Notes: generated by a model not told the origin, from the letters alone. A stretch of 64,000 bases of DNA from Alphaproteobacteria bacterium (GCA_965261735.1 OZ253470.1:4192001-4256000); one strand, 5' to 3'. Numbered from the stretch's first letter, positions 20,875 to 31,310 are shown. Program-made: numbers and translations.

Positions 20875-21885
20875 TCAGGCGAGGAAGGGGCGCTTCTCCG
20901 GCGCTTCGTTCGCCAGGGCCGCAAAGTCAGGACCGCGGGTGTAGTAGAACTCGAGCAGCAGCTCGTCGGGATCGCGCAGGAAGAAGGCCCGCTTGGCGAC
21001 ATTGTCGACCGACATCTCGATGGTGACGCCTTGCTTGGTGAGCGCGGCCTCGGCTTGCTCGACCGATGCCTCGTCGGGCATTTCCAGTCCCACGTGGTGG
21101 TAGCCGACCTCGAGACCCGGCGCCTGCGTGAAGACCGCGCAATGGTAGTCGCGCGTCGATGCCTGGCCACGCAGGAAGGCGTAGCTCTTGTCGGGCGCGG
21201 CGTAGGCCACGTCGAAACCGGCGATCTGGGTGTAGAAATCCAGGAGCCGGTCGAAGTCACTGACGATGAAGACGCCGCGTCCGGCCCGCAACGGGTGGAC
21301 GGGCGCTTCCTCGACCACGTCGAACTTCGGGTCGGGGTCCCACAGCGCCTCGGTCAGCGGGGGCGGATCGCCCGGCGTCCATTGGCTCGTGATCAGCCCG
21401 AGGTCGCCGTTGCCATGGAATATCGCGCGCCAGTCGCGCGTCATGTCGGCATAGAACTCGTGGATGTTGCCGTCGGGGTCGAACACGTAAATGGCGTGCG
21501 AGCCGCCGTGATCGAGGCAGCGGCTGATCTCGTAGCCGGAATCCATGGCGCGCCCGTAGGCCTCGACCAGATGCGCCTCGTTGTCGGTCTCCCAGCCAAA
21601 ATGGTTGAGCCCCGGGCCCTTCCAGTGGCCCTGGATCGACTGCACCTTGCCGTCCTTGCCGACGCGCGGCTTCTCGCTCGCCTCGACGAGGCCGAAATCA
21701 TGGTGCGAGTTGCCGTTCGACAGGAACCCGGCCTTGATCGAAGCCTCGCGGCCGACCGGCGCGAAACCGCAGACCTTGTTGTAGAACTCGATCGAGCGGA
21801 CATGGTCGCTGACGTATAAATTGGCGTGGCCGAGCCGGCGTGGCTCGAACCGAACCGCCTGCTTCGCCTGTTCTTGCACGCTCAT
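20875..21885 (-). CDS. Two-domain VOC protein, extradiol ring-cleavage dioxygenase-like
   Basis: RLGHANL, HHDFGL, GLNHFGW, DHGGSHAIYVFDPDGNIHEFY. Confidence 0.8.
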   Translation of the reverse strand: MSVQEQAKQAVRFEPRRLGHANLYVSDHVRSIEFYNKVCGFAPVGREASIKAGFLSNGNSHHDFGLVEASEKPRVGKDGKVQSIQGHWKGPGLNHFGWETDNEAHLVEAYGRAMDSGYEISRCLDHGGSHAIYVFDPDGNIHEFYADMTRDWRAIFHGNGDLGLITSQWTPGDPPPLTEALWDPDPKFDVVEEAPVHPLRAGRGVFIVSDFDRLLDFYTQIAGFDVAYAAPDKSYAFLRGQASTRDYHCAVFTQAPGLEVGYHHVGLEMPDEASVEQAEAALTKQGVTIEMSVDNVAKRAFFLRDPDELLLEFYYTRGPDFAALANEAPEKRPFLA

Positions 21886-22949
21886 GATTTCACCCCATGT
21901 TTGGTTCGCGCGGTGGCGAACACCGCAGCTCCCGCGCATCCCGTTGGGCGCGCCGGCAAATCTCTACACCGCCATTTCTAGCCGGTTCTCCGACCCTCCG
22001 CAAGAATGCCGGGCGTTCGGTGGTGTTTCCGTTTGGCATCTCTAACAAGCCGACTTGCTTAAGGCGCCGCAGTTCTCGACACCCGCGCACCGGCCGAACA
22101 ACGAGTTCAAGCTGAGAGCAAGCGCTCGATCGGCATTTCAGCTGCATCGCTTATCGGGCGGGACAGGTAGAACTCTGCGAGAAGATGGCCCTCGGCCTCG
22201 GCACCGGTCGGGTCGATACCCCGGCCGCGCAGCTGTTCGGGCACTTGCTCCTGTTCATCCGCCGAGGCGAACCGACGCTGAAAGAAGGTTTGGCCGTCGA
22301 GCTTTTCGGTCACGTAGCCCCATTCGTTCAAGGTCTCCTCGATCGCGTCGAAGCGAAACAACCGCAGCACGAAATTGGCTATCCACGGCGGCCGACCTTG
22401 CGTCACCGCCGGCAACAAGCGGTCGAAACTCCTCTCGGTCACGTAGCCGACGCACCGGTCGATGTCACCAAATCGACCGGCGCCAGATCTTCCTTCGCCG
22501 ACGCTGAAAGCGGCTCGGTTTCGAGGTTCACAGCGAGACCCTCATCCAACAGGCCGACCTCCTCGGCAAATGCGATGGCGTTTTCGGCCTGGTCGAGCCC
22601 GATCACCTCGATGCCTCCAGATTCGTCAAGATCGGCAAAAAGACTCTGGTTGTGCGCGACGAACTCCTCCGGCGCGGCGTCCGCCAGGTCCTGCTGGCCC
22701 CAATGTTCGTATAGGTCCTCCATCGACAGGTCATGCTTGAGGAGCGCCGCGTTGACGCCGTAGGAACAACCCAAGTCAAGGAGGTGGACCGTGTCGTCCC
22801 GGCGTCGGCGCAGGTGGCGGATCAGTTTTTGGAAGATGGGCTTGGCCCTGCCGGGTATTGCGTAGCCGAGCTTTTTCAGTTCGCGGAAATAAACCCTTGG
22901 GTCGGACTGATTATAGATCGAATCCATGTTGGCTTTGGCTTCATTGATC

Positions 22950-24054
22950 CTTTCCTATCCGGTTTACACCCACACCCACTAGGGCTAGAATGGGCGCAAC
23001 CCGGATATAGGGGAGCGCGCCATGGATGTTCTCGACCGCGCCGATCTCCCATTCCCGCATTCGCTACCCGAGTTCCAGCGACTTTTCCCCGATGATGCGG
23101 CCTGCGCCGCCTACCTGGAGAAAGCCCGCTGGGGAGACGGCTTTGCCTGCCCGCACTGCGGCACGGCGGGAGAGCCGTTCCACTTTGAAAACCGCCCTGG
23201 CGTCCTGCGCTGCCGCAAGTGCCGCCAGAACACCGGGTTGACGGTGGGAACAGTGATGGAGCGTAGCCACACTCCGCTGAACGTCTGGTTCTGGGCCGCT
23301 TATCTGGTCGCCAGTCAGACGCCCGGCATGTCCGCCGTGCAGTTTCAGCGGCAACTTGGTCTTTCGCGCTACGAGACGGCCTTTCAAATTCTCCACAAGC
23401 TCCGCTCGGGCATGGTGCGGCCCAACCAAGACAGGATCGGTGGACAGCCCAAGAACCATGTTGAGGTGGACGAAACCTGGGTTGGCGGGCGAACGCGTGG
23501 GGAAGGCCGTGGTGTTCACCACAAGGTTCCCGTCTCCTGTGCCATCGAGGTGCGTCATCGAAAGCCGGGCACCAAGCTCGACAACCGGAAAGACGGACGC
23601 TATGCCGGACGCGTTCGGCTCGCCGTCGTGCTCGACCGTAGCGCCGAGTCGCTCTGTGGGTTCGTCGAGAGCACCGTCGCGCCGGGATCGCTGATCGTTA
23701 CTGACGATTGGAGCGGCTATGCTGGCCTCGGTAAGCGCGGCTATGAGCACTTCGCTGTTGCCGAGTGTGGTGATCCAGAGGTTGCCGAGCAATACCTGCC
23801 GATCATCCATCTGGTTTTCGCCAACCTGAAGACGTGGCTGATCGGTATCCACCACGGCGTTAGCCACCAGCACCTACAAGCCTACCTCAACGAGTTCACC
23901 TTCCGCTTCAACAGGCGGTTCTACCCGTTCAACGCCTTCCGCTCATTGCTCGGCATCGCGGGCGACACCTCTGCTCCAACCTATGCCGAGCTTTACTCGG
24001 GAGAGTGGCGGCACCCTACATGTAGCGGTCATGGGCGTTAACCGGATAGGCAAG
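22950..24054 (+). mobile_element. IS1595-family element, copy 1 (1105 bp)
   Basis: IRs CTTTCCTATCCGGTTTAC / GTTAACCGGATAGGCAAG; 8-bp TSD CATTGATC at 22942-22949 and 24055-24062. Confidence 0.92.
23022..24041 (+). CDS. IS1595-family transposase
   Basis: Zn-ribbon CPHCG..CRKC, VEVDET, IVTDDW, YLNEFTFRFNRR. Confidence 0.92.
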   Translation: MDVLDRADLPFPHSLPEFQRLFPDDAACAAYLEKARWGDGFACPHCGTAGEPFHFENRPGVLRCRKCRQNTGLTVGTVMERSHTPLNVWFWAAYLVASQTPGMSAVQFQRQLGLSRYETAFQILHKLRSGMVRPNQDRIGGQPKNHVEVDETWVGGRTRGEGRGVHHKVPVSCAIEVRHRKPGTKLDNRKDGRYAGRVRLAVVLDRSAESLCGFVESTVAPGSLIVTDDWSGYAGLGKRGYEHFAVAECGDPEVAEQYLPIIHLVFANLKTWLIGIHHGVSHQHLQAYLNEFTFRFNRRFYPFNAFRSLLGIAGDTSAPTYAELYSGEWRHPTCSGHGR

Positions 24055-24288
24055 CATTGATCTCCTCAAAGGCGGTATCGCCCGTCATTGGCACTCTCCG
24101 TGGTGTCCTCCATCGTCGCCCTTTGCTGTACCCGGGATGGCCGCACAGCGGCCTTCGACCGCCACCCGGCACACCGGCCAGACAACACGAGACCGCTGCG
24201 CGGATGCGGCGCGAGACAAAATTTCGCACTTTGGGCTTGTCTCAGGGAGACTAGCACCATCGTCGGCAAGGTGAAACCGGAGCCCGGG

Positions 24289-25398
24289 CTACGAACGGTT
24301 CCTCGCCAGCTTCCTGAATGACTCTACGTCCAATTCGCGCCGCAATGCCGTGGAGGTGGCCTCCTTTTCCTCTTCAAGCTCGACGCCACATGAATCGGCG
24401 ACCAACCCGAGCGCATTGAAGGCACCAACGACTGCCGCGGCATCGACGAGGGCTTCGGCCCCGAGAGTCGAGGCAACCGCCTGTCGCGCGCCGGCGAGGC
24501 GGTCGTCGTCGGTGTTGATTACTGCGTCTGCGAATTCGAGCAACGTCTCGCTGCCCCGAATATGCTGCTCCCTGCGACCATCCCGTATGGCCCGCATGTC
24601 GTAGGAGGTTCCGGTTGGTTCACCGCTCGCACGGAGCCGTATGGCATGCGTGACCGTTCAGTAGAAGCATTGGTTGAGGGCCGCGACCCGGCTTGCCAGT
24701 AGCTCGATCTGGGGATGGGTTAGGGCGCGGTGCTCATGTTCGAAATCGAACATCGCCCACCCCGGCAGGTACTGGCTGTTGATGACGTCGAAGAAACTCC
24801 GCATCTCGTCGGGGACGAGCGACAGCGCACACCAGATGTTGGAACTGCCGCCGCCCTCGAACAGGTCGGCTTCCTCGGGGCCGTGATCGCCTGGCACGAT
24901 GGTCGCGACCCAAGACCCATTGTCCTTGACGCCGCTCGGCCGGCGCCGCGACGGCACGCCCTGTCGAGGCTCGGGAATCGGGTACGGTGTGATGCCGAGA
25001 CCGCGGGCAAAGGTATCGATGGCGACGACGTGCGCCACGACACTCACGACTTCGACATATTCCTCGTCGCTCAGCCCGCCGGCGATCACACCGTCAAACC
25101 ACTGACGCGTAAGTCGGGCTGGATCGGTGACCATGCGGTGAACAAGGTCGACCATATTGGCGGGCAGCGAGCCGACGCTGTCGTGCTCACCCTCGACAGC
25201 GGTGGGCGATAGGGCCTCGTTGCGGCGGCCGCAGAGGTCGCAGCGTTGTGCATTTCGGGCCTCGGCGGCGATGGCGCCCCGCGTATCGGCCTGCCACCAC
25301 GTGCCGGGCACGCCAAGCCGCTCCCACGCGCGATGGTAAGCGTCGGACAGATCCGCACGGATCGATAGCGACGATGACTCAGGGGGAGGCGTTTTCAT
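24289..25398 (-). CDS. AhpD-related alkylhydroperoxidase-like selenoprotein (in-frame UGA at 24658-24660)
   Basis: ...IELLASRVAALNQCFY-UGA-TVTH..., frame open 123 more codons into an AhpD-like C-terminus (LLEFADAV...LVDAAAVVGAFN); hairpin 3' of UGA. Confidence 0.75.
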
Positions 25399-26391
25399 CT
25401 AGTCGGCGCGAACGGCGTCCAGCGCGGCGTTAAGATCGGCCGGTAGATCGAGCTCTGCGCTGGCGACCAGGCTGTCGAGTTGCGCCAACGTGCGGCAGCT
25501 CGAGAGCACCGTGGCCACGCCCGGCCGCTCGCGCACCCAGGCGAGCGCCATGCGCGCTGGATCGAGCCCCGCCGCTCGGGCCAGGCCTGCGTAGCGGTCG
25601 GCGGCGGTGAGGTGGCGCTCGGTGCCCCAGCGCGGGCGGTACCTAGAAAAGCGTGACAGGCGCGAGCCGCGCGGTAAGACGCCGCCCGAATACTTGCCGG
25701 TGAGCACCCCCATCGCGAGCGGTGAGAACGCCATCAGGCCGACGTCCTCGCGCACGCAGACCTCTTGCATGCTGGCCTCGAACCCCCGATCGAGCAGGTT
25801 GTAGACGTTCTGCAACGATACCATGCACGGTAGCCCGGTGGTCTCGGCGAGGGCGACGAATCGCGTCAGACCCCACGGCGTTTCGTTGCTCACGCCGGCG
25901 TAGCGCACCTTGCCTGCCTCGATCAGGCGGGCGAGGCATTCGAGCTGTTCGACCATCGGAATCGCGCGGTCGGGCCAATGGAGTTGGTAGAGATCGACGT
26001 AGTCGGTGCCGAGGCGCTTGAGCGAGCCGTCGAGGGCGCGCTCGATGTGGAAGCGGTCGAGCGCGGTGTTGCTGCTCCGGATGTGGGGAACGAGATTGCC
26101 GACCGCCTCGTTGGGGCCGCACACCTTAGTGGTGATAATCAGCGCGTCGCGGCCACGCCGGCGCTTGAGCCAGCGGCCGAGCAGCGCCTCGGACGTACCG
26201 TAGGTCACGCGCACGTTCTTCGCCAGGCCGTCGGCCATCTCCGACAGGTCGAGGAAATTGATCCCGCCGTCGACGGCGCAGTCGAGCAGCGGGAAGCTCG
26301 CGCGGTCGTCTAGCGTGCCGCCGAAGGTCATGGTCCCGAGGCTGACGCTCGACACCCGCAGGCCACTGCGCCCCAACCGGCGATACCTCAT
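25399..26391 (-). CDS. Aldo/keto reductase (Tas-like)
   Basis: LGTMTFG, SLKRLGTDYVDLYQLHWP, GVSNETPWG, SPLAMGVLTGKY. Confidence 0.9.
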   Translation of the reverse strand: MRYRRLGRSGLRVSSVSLGTMTFGGTLDDRASFPLLDCAVDGGINFLDLSEMADGLAKNVRVTYGTSEALLGRWLKRRRGRDALIITTKVCGPNEAVGNLVPHIRSSNTALDRFHIERALDGSLKRLGTDYVDLYQLHWPDRAIPMVEQLECLARLIEAGKVRYAGVSNETPWGLTRFVALAETTGLPCMVSLQNVYNLLDRGFEASMQEVCVREDVGLMAFSPLAMGVLTGKYSGGVLPRGSRLSRFSRYRPRWGTERHLTAADRYAGLARAAGLDPARMALAWVRERPGVATVLSSCRTLAQLDSLVASAELDLPADLNAALDAVRAD

Positions 26392-26474
26392 GGCCGTGCA
26401 CTCAAGCACCGGGCTCCCGGGGGGTCAAGCGGGGCTGGGCTCGCGCGGGCCCGGGCGGCGCGCTAGGGTAGGGC

Positions 26475-27314
26475 GTGGAGCTCTTCCTGCGGATCGCCCT
26501 TATCGCCCTTGTCGGCTACGCCCTGCTCGTAGGCGGGATGTATGTGTTTCAGCGCTCGCTGATGTACTTCCCGGCGCCTGGCGCGGGAGCGCCCGCAGCG
26601 GCCGCGGTCCCCGAGATGGCGGTCCATAAGCTGGTCGCCGCCGATGGGGTAGTGCTCGTCGCCTGGTACGCTCATGCGGCGTCAGGTCAGCCGACGCTCG
26701 TCTACTTCCACGGCAATGGCGGCAACATCGCCGACCGCGGCCCTCGGGTGCGACCGTTCATCAACGCCGGCCACGGCGTGCTTCTCCTGAGCTACCGCGG
26801 ATACGGAGGCAGTAAGGGCCGGCCGAGCGAGGACGGCCTCTACGCCGACGGCCGGGCCGCCTTGGATTTTCTCGCCGGGGCGGGCGTGCTACCCGACCGG
26901 GTGGTACTGTTGGGTGAATCGCTGGGATCGGCCATCGCGGTGCGGCTGGCCAGCGAGCGCCGCGTGGCCGCCGTGATCCTCGAGGCGCCGTTCACCTCGG
27001 CGGCCGACGTGGCGGCGAGCGCCTATCCCTTCGTTCCCGCTCGCTGGCTGGTCAAGGACCGCTATGCCTCGATCGAGCGCATCGCCGATATTGGAGTGCC
27101 GCTGCTCATCGTGCATGGCGAAGCCGACCGCATCGTGCCGGCCCGCTTCGGGCGCGCGCTGCTCGCCGTGGCACGCGAGCCCAAGCGCGGCGTCTTCCTG
27201 GTAGGGGCCGGCCACAACGATCTGCCCTCGTTCGGATCGACCGACGCGGAGCTCGCGTTCCTGGCCGAGCTGTTTGCAGGCCTCAGTCGGGCGTCGTCGT
27301 CCGGTCCCCCGTGA
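26475..27314 (+). CDS. Membrane-anchored alpha/beta hydrolase (BEM46/ABHD13-like)
   Basis: N-terminal TM, FHGNGGN, YRGYGGS.G.PSE, GESLG, HG..D, GAGHND. Confidence 0.85.
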   Translation: MELFLRIALIALVGYALLVGGMYVFQRSLMYFPAPGAGAPAAAAVPEMAVHKLVAADGVVLVAWYAHAASGQPTLVYFHGNGGNIADRGPRVRPFINAGHGVLLLSYRGYGGSKGRPSEDGLYADGRAALDFLAGAGVLPDRVVLLGESLGSAIAVRLASERRVAAVILEAPFTSAADVAASAYPFVPARWLVKDRYASIERIADIGVPLLIVHGEADRIVPARFGRALLAVAREPKRGVFLVGAGHNDLPSFGSTDAELAFLAELFAGLSRASSSGPP

Positions 27315-27720
27315 GCGCCATCGCGAGCGCATCGAACGGCAACAGCACGCAGGCGTGACGGCTACGGTGGTCGGCCACCGGCACGAACGCTGCGAGATCG
27401 GCCCACTCGCCAGCCGGCGGCGGGCCGTTTGCCTCAAGCATGGCCCTGAGTTCGTCCGCGGCGGCCGCCGCCTCTGCGCCGGTGGTACCAACGGCTCGCT
27501 CCGCAAGGATCGCCGCCGCGGCCTTGCACAGCACGCACCCGCGGGTGTGGTGGGCGATGTCGGCGATGCGGCCAGCGGCGATACGGACGTCGAAGGTGAC
27601 GCGATCGCCGCAGAGTGGGTTGTCCGCCGTCGCCGTTGCATCCGGGTCCGCCAACCGGCCGGCGCGAAGCTCGGAGCGGGCGTGGCCGAGGATGGCCTCC
27701 TGATAGAGGTTGTCGTTCAT
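27283..27720 (-). CDS. sufU: SufU/IscU-like scaffold or sulfurtransferase
   Basis: LYQEAILGH, NPLCGD, GCVLC, RHACVLLP. Confidence 0.75.
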   Translation of the reverse strand: MNDNLYQEAILGHARSELRAGRLADPDATATADNPLCGDRVTFDVRIAAGRIADIAHHTRGCVLCKAAAAILAERAVGTTGAEAAAAADELRAMLEANGPPPAGEWADLAAFVPVADHRSRHACVLLPFDALAMALTGDRTTTPD

Positions 27721-28952
27721 GACAGCCGCCTGATGGCATCATCCAGTCCGGTGAGGAAGGCGTCGATGTCGCGCTCATCGTTATACACGGCAATGCTCGC
27801 ACGCGTCGTTCCGGCCAGACCGAGATGGTCCATGAGCGGTTGCGCGCAGTGGTGGCCACCGCGCAGCGCCACCCCGTGTCCGTCGAGCACTTGGCAGATG
27901 TCGTGCGGGTGGACACCGCGGACATCGAACGACACGACCGGAAGGCGCGCCTGAAGCCCCAAGGGCCCGATGACACGCAGCCGGGCATGGCCCGGATCGA
28001 GCGCCGCCAGGCCATCGAGGAGGCGCCCCGTCAGCCCCCGCAGGTGGCTCTCGGCGCCGGCACCATCGAGCGCCCCGATCCACTCCATCGCCGCGGCCAG
28101 GCCGACGGCCTGCGCGATCGGCGGCGTGCCGGCCTCGAACCGGTGGGGCGGCGGCGCATAGGTCGTGTGATCGAGGGTCACGCGGCGGATCATTTCGCCG
28201 CCGCCGAGAAATGGTGGCAGATCGGCGAGCAGTTCGGCCCGCCCCCACAGCACGCCGATCCCGTTGGGGCCGAACATCTTATGTCCCGAGAAGGCGCAGA
28301 AATCGATTTCGAGGGCCTGGACGTCGAGGGCGCCGTGCGGGGCGCGCTGGGCGGCATCCAGCAATACCCGCGCGCCAGCGCCACGCGCGGCCTCGACGAT
28401 CGGGGCCACGTCAGAGAGCGCTCCCGTCACGTTCGAGGCGAGGGTAAGCGCGATCAGCCGGCAGCGCTCGGTCACGACGGAGTCGAGGCGGGAGAGGTCG
28501 AGCCGACCATCGTCCGTCACTGGCAGGACCTTGAGCACGATCCCCTTACGCTCACGCAGCATCTGCCAGGGCACCACATTGCTGTGGTGTTCGAGTAGCG
28601 AGATCACCACCTCGTCGCCCTCCGCCAGCCCGCCGCCGAAGGCATGCGCGACGAGGTTGATTCCGGCGGTCGTGCCCGAGGTGAAGATGACCTCATCGGC
28701 GCTGCGTGCATTGAGGTACCGCCCGGCCGTGCGGCGCGCCTCGGCGTAGGCCTCGGTTGCGGCTTCGGCGAGGCGGTGCACGCCGCGCAGGACGTTGGCC
28801 CGGCGCTGCGTCTCGTGCCGCGTCATCGCCGCGATTACGTCGTCGGGGGTCTGGCTGGTGGCGGCATTGTCGAGATAGTGCAACGTGGCGCCGTCGGCGC
28901 CTGGGGCGAGGATCCGGAACTGGCGGCGGATGGCCGCGACGTCGAACGCCAC
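27717..28952 (-). CDS. sufS: SufS-type (group II) cysteine desulfurase
   Basis: YLDNAAT, EHHSN.VPW, FSGHKMFGP, FEAGTP, RGGHHCAQP. Confidence 0.9.
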   Translation of the reverse strand: MAFDVAAIRRQFRILAPGADGATLHYLDNAATSQTPDDVIAAMTRHETQRRANVLRGVHRLAEAATEAYAEARRTAGRYLNARSADEVIFTSGTTAGINLVAHAFGGGLAEGDEVVISLLEHHSNVVPWQMLRERKGIVLKVLPVTDDGRLDLSRLDSVVTERCRLIALTLASNVTGALSDVAPIVEAARGAGARVLLDAAQRAPHGALDVQALEIDFCAFSGHKMFGPNGIGVLWGRAELLADLPPFLGGGEMIRRVTLDHTTYAPPPHRFEAGTPPIAQAVGLAAAMEWIGALDGAGAESHLRGLTGRLLDGLAALDPGHARLRVIGPLGLQARLPVVSFDVRGVHPHDICQVLDGHGVALRGGHHCAQPLMDHLGLAGTTRASIAVYNDERDIDAFLTGLDDAIRRLS

Positions 28953-28953
28953 T

Positions 28954-30564
28954 TCAGCCCCGCGCCGCCTCGAGCGCCGCTAGTGCCCGGGGCGTGTCGA
29001 CATCTACGAAGATCGCATCGTCCTCGAACACGACTTCACACACGGCGTCGCGGTTCTCATCGATCAGGTGTCGCGCGCCGGTATCGCCGCTGAGCCCGCG
29101 CATTTGGGCGAAGTACCGCGCTCCCCACAGGACGGGATTGCCGCGCCGACCGTCGCGGGTGGGGACGCAGATAGCCTGACTGGCCGCCGGATCGAACGCC
29201 GCGATCAGGTGGTCGAGGTGCGGCGCGGTAATGCGCGGCATGTCGCCAAGGCAGATGAGGGCGCCGTCGACGCCGTCCGGCAGTGCCGCGAGCCCGGCCG
29301 CGAGCGAGGTACTCAACCCCTCCCGGTAATTCGGATTGTGAACGAGGCTGACGGGGCACCCGGCCAAGGCCGTGTCGATACGCCCCGCCTGGAAACCCGT
29401 CACCACGACCACGGGATGCGCCCGCGAGGCCAGCGCCGCCTCGACAACGCGGCGCACCATGGCCACGCCGCCTGTCTCGGCCGTGAGCTTGTTCGCACGG
29501 CCCATCCGCCGTGATTCGCCGGCCGCCAGCACGAGCGCCGCAATCGCCGCGGGCTTCGGTCTCGCGGGCTCGCGAGGCTGTGGTCGCCCCGGCATTTCCT
29601 TGAGCAGGCCGCCGACGCCGAGGCCGGCGAGATCTTGCGCGCTCACCGCAACGCCGGCGAGAAGGCAGCGCAGCACGTAGTCGAAGCCGTTGAGCCGGAG
29701 CGAGCGGGCGGAGCCGGGCAGGCCGAGGATCGGTACTTCGTCGCGGTAGGCGAGCAGCAGCAGGTTGCCAGGATCGACCGGCATGCCGAGGCGCTCGATG
29801 CGCCCGCCGATTCGCTCGATGGCCCCCGGTACAACGTCGCGGCGATCGATGATCGCGGAGGCGCCGAACACGAGAACGGGCGCACAGCCGTCGGCGATGA
29901 GGTCCGCCACCGCTTCGGCCACCGCCTCCTCGGTGTGGGCGCACCGTGTCTCGCGCGTAATCTCGCTGCCGAGATTGTCGAGCCGCGTGGCCAGAGTCGC
30001 CGCGGTCTTGTCGAGGACGCTCTCCTTGAGGCCCGGCAGGCGCGTCATCACCAGCCCCGCCGGCCGCGGCCGGAGCGCGGCGACCGAGACTGCCGCGGGA
30101 GCGCGCGCGCGCCGCTCGCATTTCTCCAGCAGCGACCCCGGCACGGCTAGCGGAATGACCTTGACCGTGGCCACGAGCTGCCCGGCCTCGACCACCTCGT
30201 AGGGCGCCACAGTCGCGACGGTCAGCGCCTCATCGATGCCGTTGACGGCGTCCACCTGCGAGCGGTCGATCAGGGCCACGCCACGGGACGTGGCGTGCAG
30301 GTTGCACCGGCCGGTGAACGGCTTTGCGAAGCGCAGGTGCGCGCCCGCGAGACAGCGCGCGATGCGCTCGGCCGCCTCGTCCTCGCGCACATCGCCCGCC
30401 GCGAGCCGCGCGCCGATGATATCCGCGTGCCCAACACGCCGCAGCAACGCGATGTCCGCGGCGGTCAGCCGTCGCCCCTTCTTCAGGCGCTCTTTCTTGA
30501 CCGTGACGCTGTGCCCGAGGAGGGCGCCTTCGGCGTCCTCGAGCGCGATGCGGCCGAACCTCAT
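28954..30564 (-). CDS. Molybdopterin-binding domain fused to MocA-like NTP transferase
   Basis: MPVDPGNLL; C-terminal LAAGESRRMG..KL, GLSTSL, LGDMP, GNPV, GDTGAR. Confidence 0.85.
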   Translation of the reverse strand: MRFGRIALEDAEGALLGHSVTVKKERLKKGRRLTAADIALLRRVGHADIIGARLAAGDVREDEAAERIARCLAGAHLRFAKPFTGRCNLHATSRGVALIDRSQVDAVNGIDEALTVATVAPYEVVEAGQLVATVKVIPLAVPGSLLEKCERRARAPAAVSVAALRPRPAGLVMTRLPGLKESVLDKTAATLATRLDNLGSEITRETRCAHTEEAVAEAVADLIADGCAPVLVFGASAIIDRRDVVPGAIERIGGRIERLGMPVDPGNLLLLAYRDEVPILGLPGSARSLRLNGFDYVLRCLLAGVAVSAQDLAGLGVGGLLKEMPGRPQPREPARPKPAAIAALVLAAGESRRMGRANKLTAETGGVAMVRRVVEAALASRAHPVVVVTGFQAGRIDTALAGCPVSLVHNPNYREGLSTSLAAGLAALPDGVDGALICLGDMPRITAPHLDHLIAAFDPAASQAICVPTRDGRRGNPVLWGARYFAQMRGLSGDTGARHLIDENRDAVCEVVFEDDAIFVDVDTPRALAALEAARG

Positions 30565-31310
30565 GCCGGGCCCGCGACCGCCTCCCTGGAGGCGGGGGCC
30601 GATGCACCGGCCTGTGCCGCGGGGCGCCGCAACAGCGCGGTCATCTGGGCGAGGATAGAGACCGCGATCTCGGCCGGCGAGCGGGCCCCGAGGTCGAGCC
30701 CGATGGGGCCGTGGACGCGCGCCGTCGCGACCTCGTCGAAGCCCTCGCGAGCCAGGCGCGCGAGTCGCGAGGCGTGCGTCTTACGGCTGCCGAGGGCGCC
30801 GATGTAGAAGGCAGGGGAACGCAACGCCATCGCCAGCGCCGGGTCGTCTATCTTGGGGTCGTGGGTGAGCGTGGCCACGGCGGTGCGGTGATCGGGGGCG
30901 AGATCGCGGAGTGCGTCGTCGGGCCAGTCGTCGAGCAGGGTGACGCCGGGGAAGCGCTCTTCGCTGGCGAACGCCCGCCGCGGATCGACGATGACCACAT
31001 CGTAGCCGGTGAGCACCGCCATACGGGCGAGCGGCTGCGCGATGTGCACCGCACCGACGATAAGTAGGCGCAGCGGCGGATTGAACGCGTTCAGAAACAT
31101 CCGCCCCTCGGGCAACTCGATACTCGAGCATCGGTCCTCGTGCACGGACGAGGCGATAGCCCGGGCAAGGGCCGGCGGCAGTGCGGCGAGGCTCGCTTCA
31201 TCGGAGGGATGAACGAGCCGCGCCTCGCCATTGTCGAGGTTCGTCACCAGAACGACCGCGCGCTTGGCGGCGCGGTCGGCGACGAGCTGATCCAGGAGGG
31301 CCCGCTTCAT
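30561..31310 (-). CDS. XdhC/CoxF family protein (Rossmann part)
   Basis: GAVHIA, LTHDPKIDD, YIGALGS, GPIGLDLGA..PAEIA. Confidence 0.9.
   Translation of the reverse strand: MKRALLDQLVADRAAKRAVVLVTNLDNGEARLVHPSDEASLAALPPALARAIASSVHEDRCSSIELPEGRMFLNAFNPPLRLLIVGAVHIAQPLARMAVLTGYDVVIVDPRRAFASEERFPGVTLLDDWPDDALRDLAPDHRTAVATLTHDPKIDDPALAMALRSPAFYIGALGSRKTHASRLARLAREGFDEVATARVHGPIGLDLGARSPAEIAVSILAQMTALLRRPAAQAGASAPASREAVAGPA

Larger units (their letters stand above)
22107..24088 (-). pseudogene. Class I SAM-dependent methyltransferase-like gene, IS1595-interrupted and frameshifted
   Basis: LLDLGCSYG motif I; MTGDTAFEEIN|EAKANMDSIY rejoins across the IS; 1-nt frameshift at ~22455 (TSTG|CVGYVTE). 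Confidence 0.7.

Noticed and set aside
22439-22441. TGA at the end of the methyltransferase ORF as a second Sec codon
   Set aside because: The downstream part lies in a different frame; a 1-nt deletion explains it
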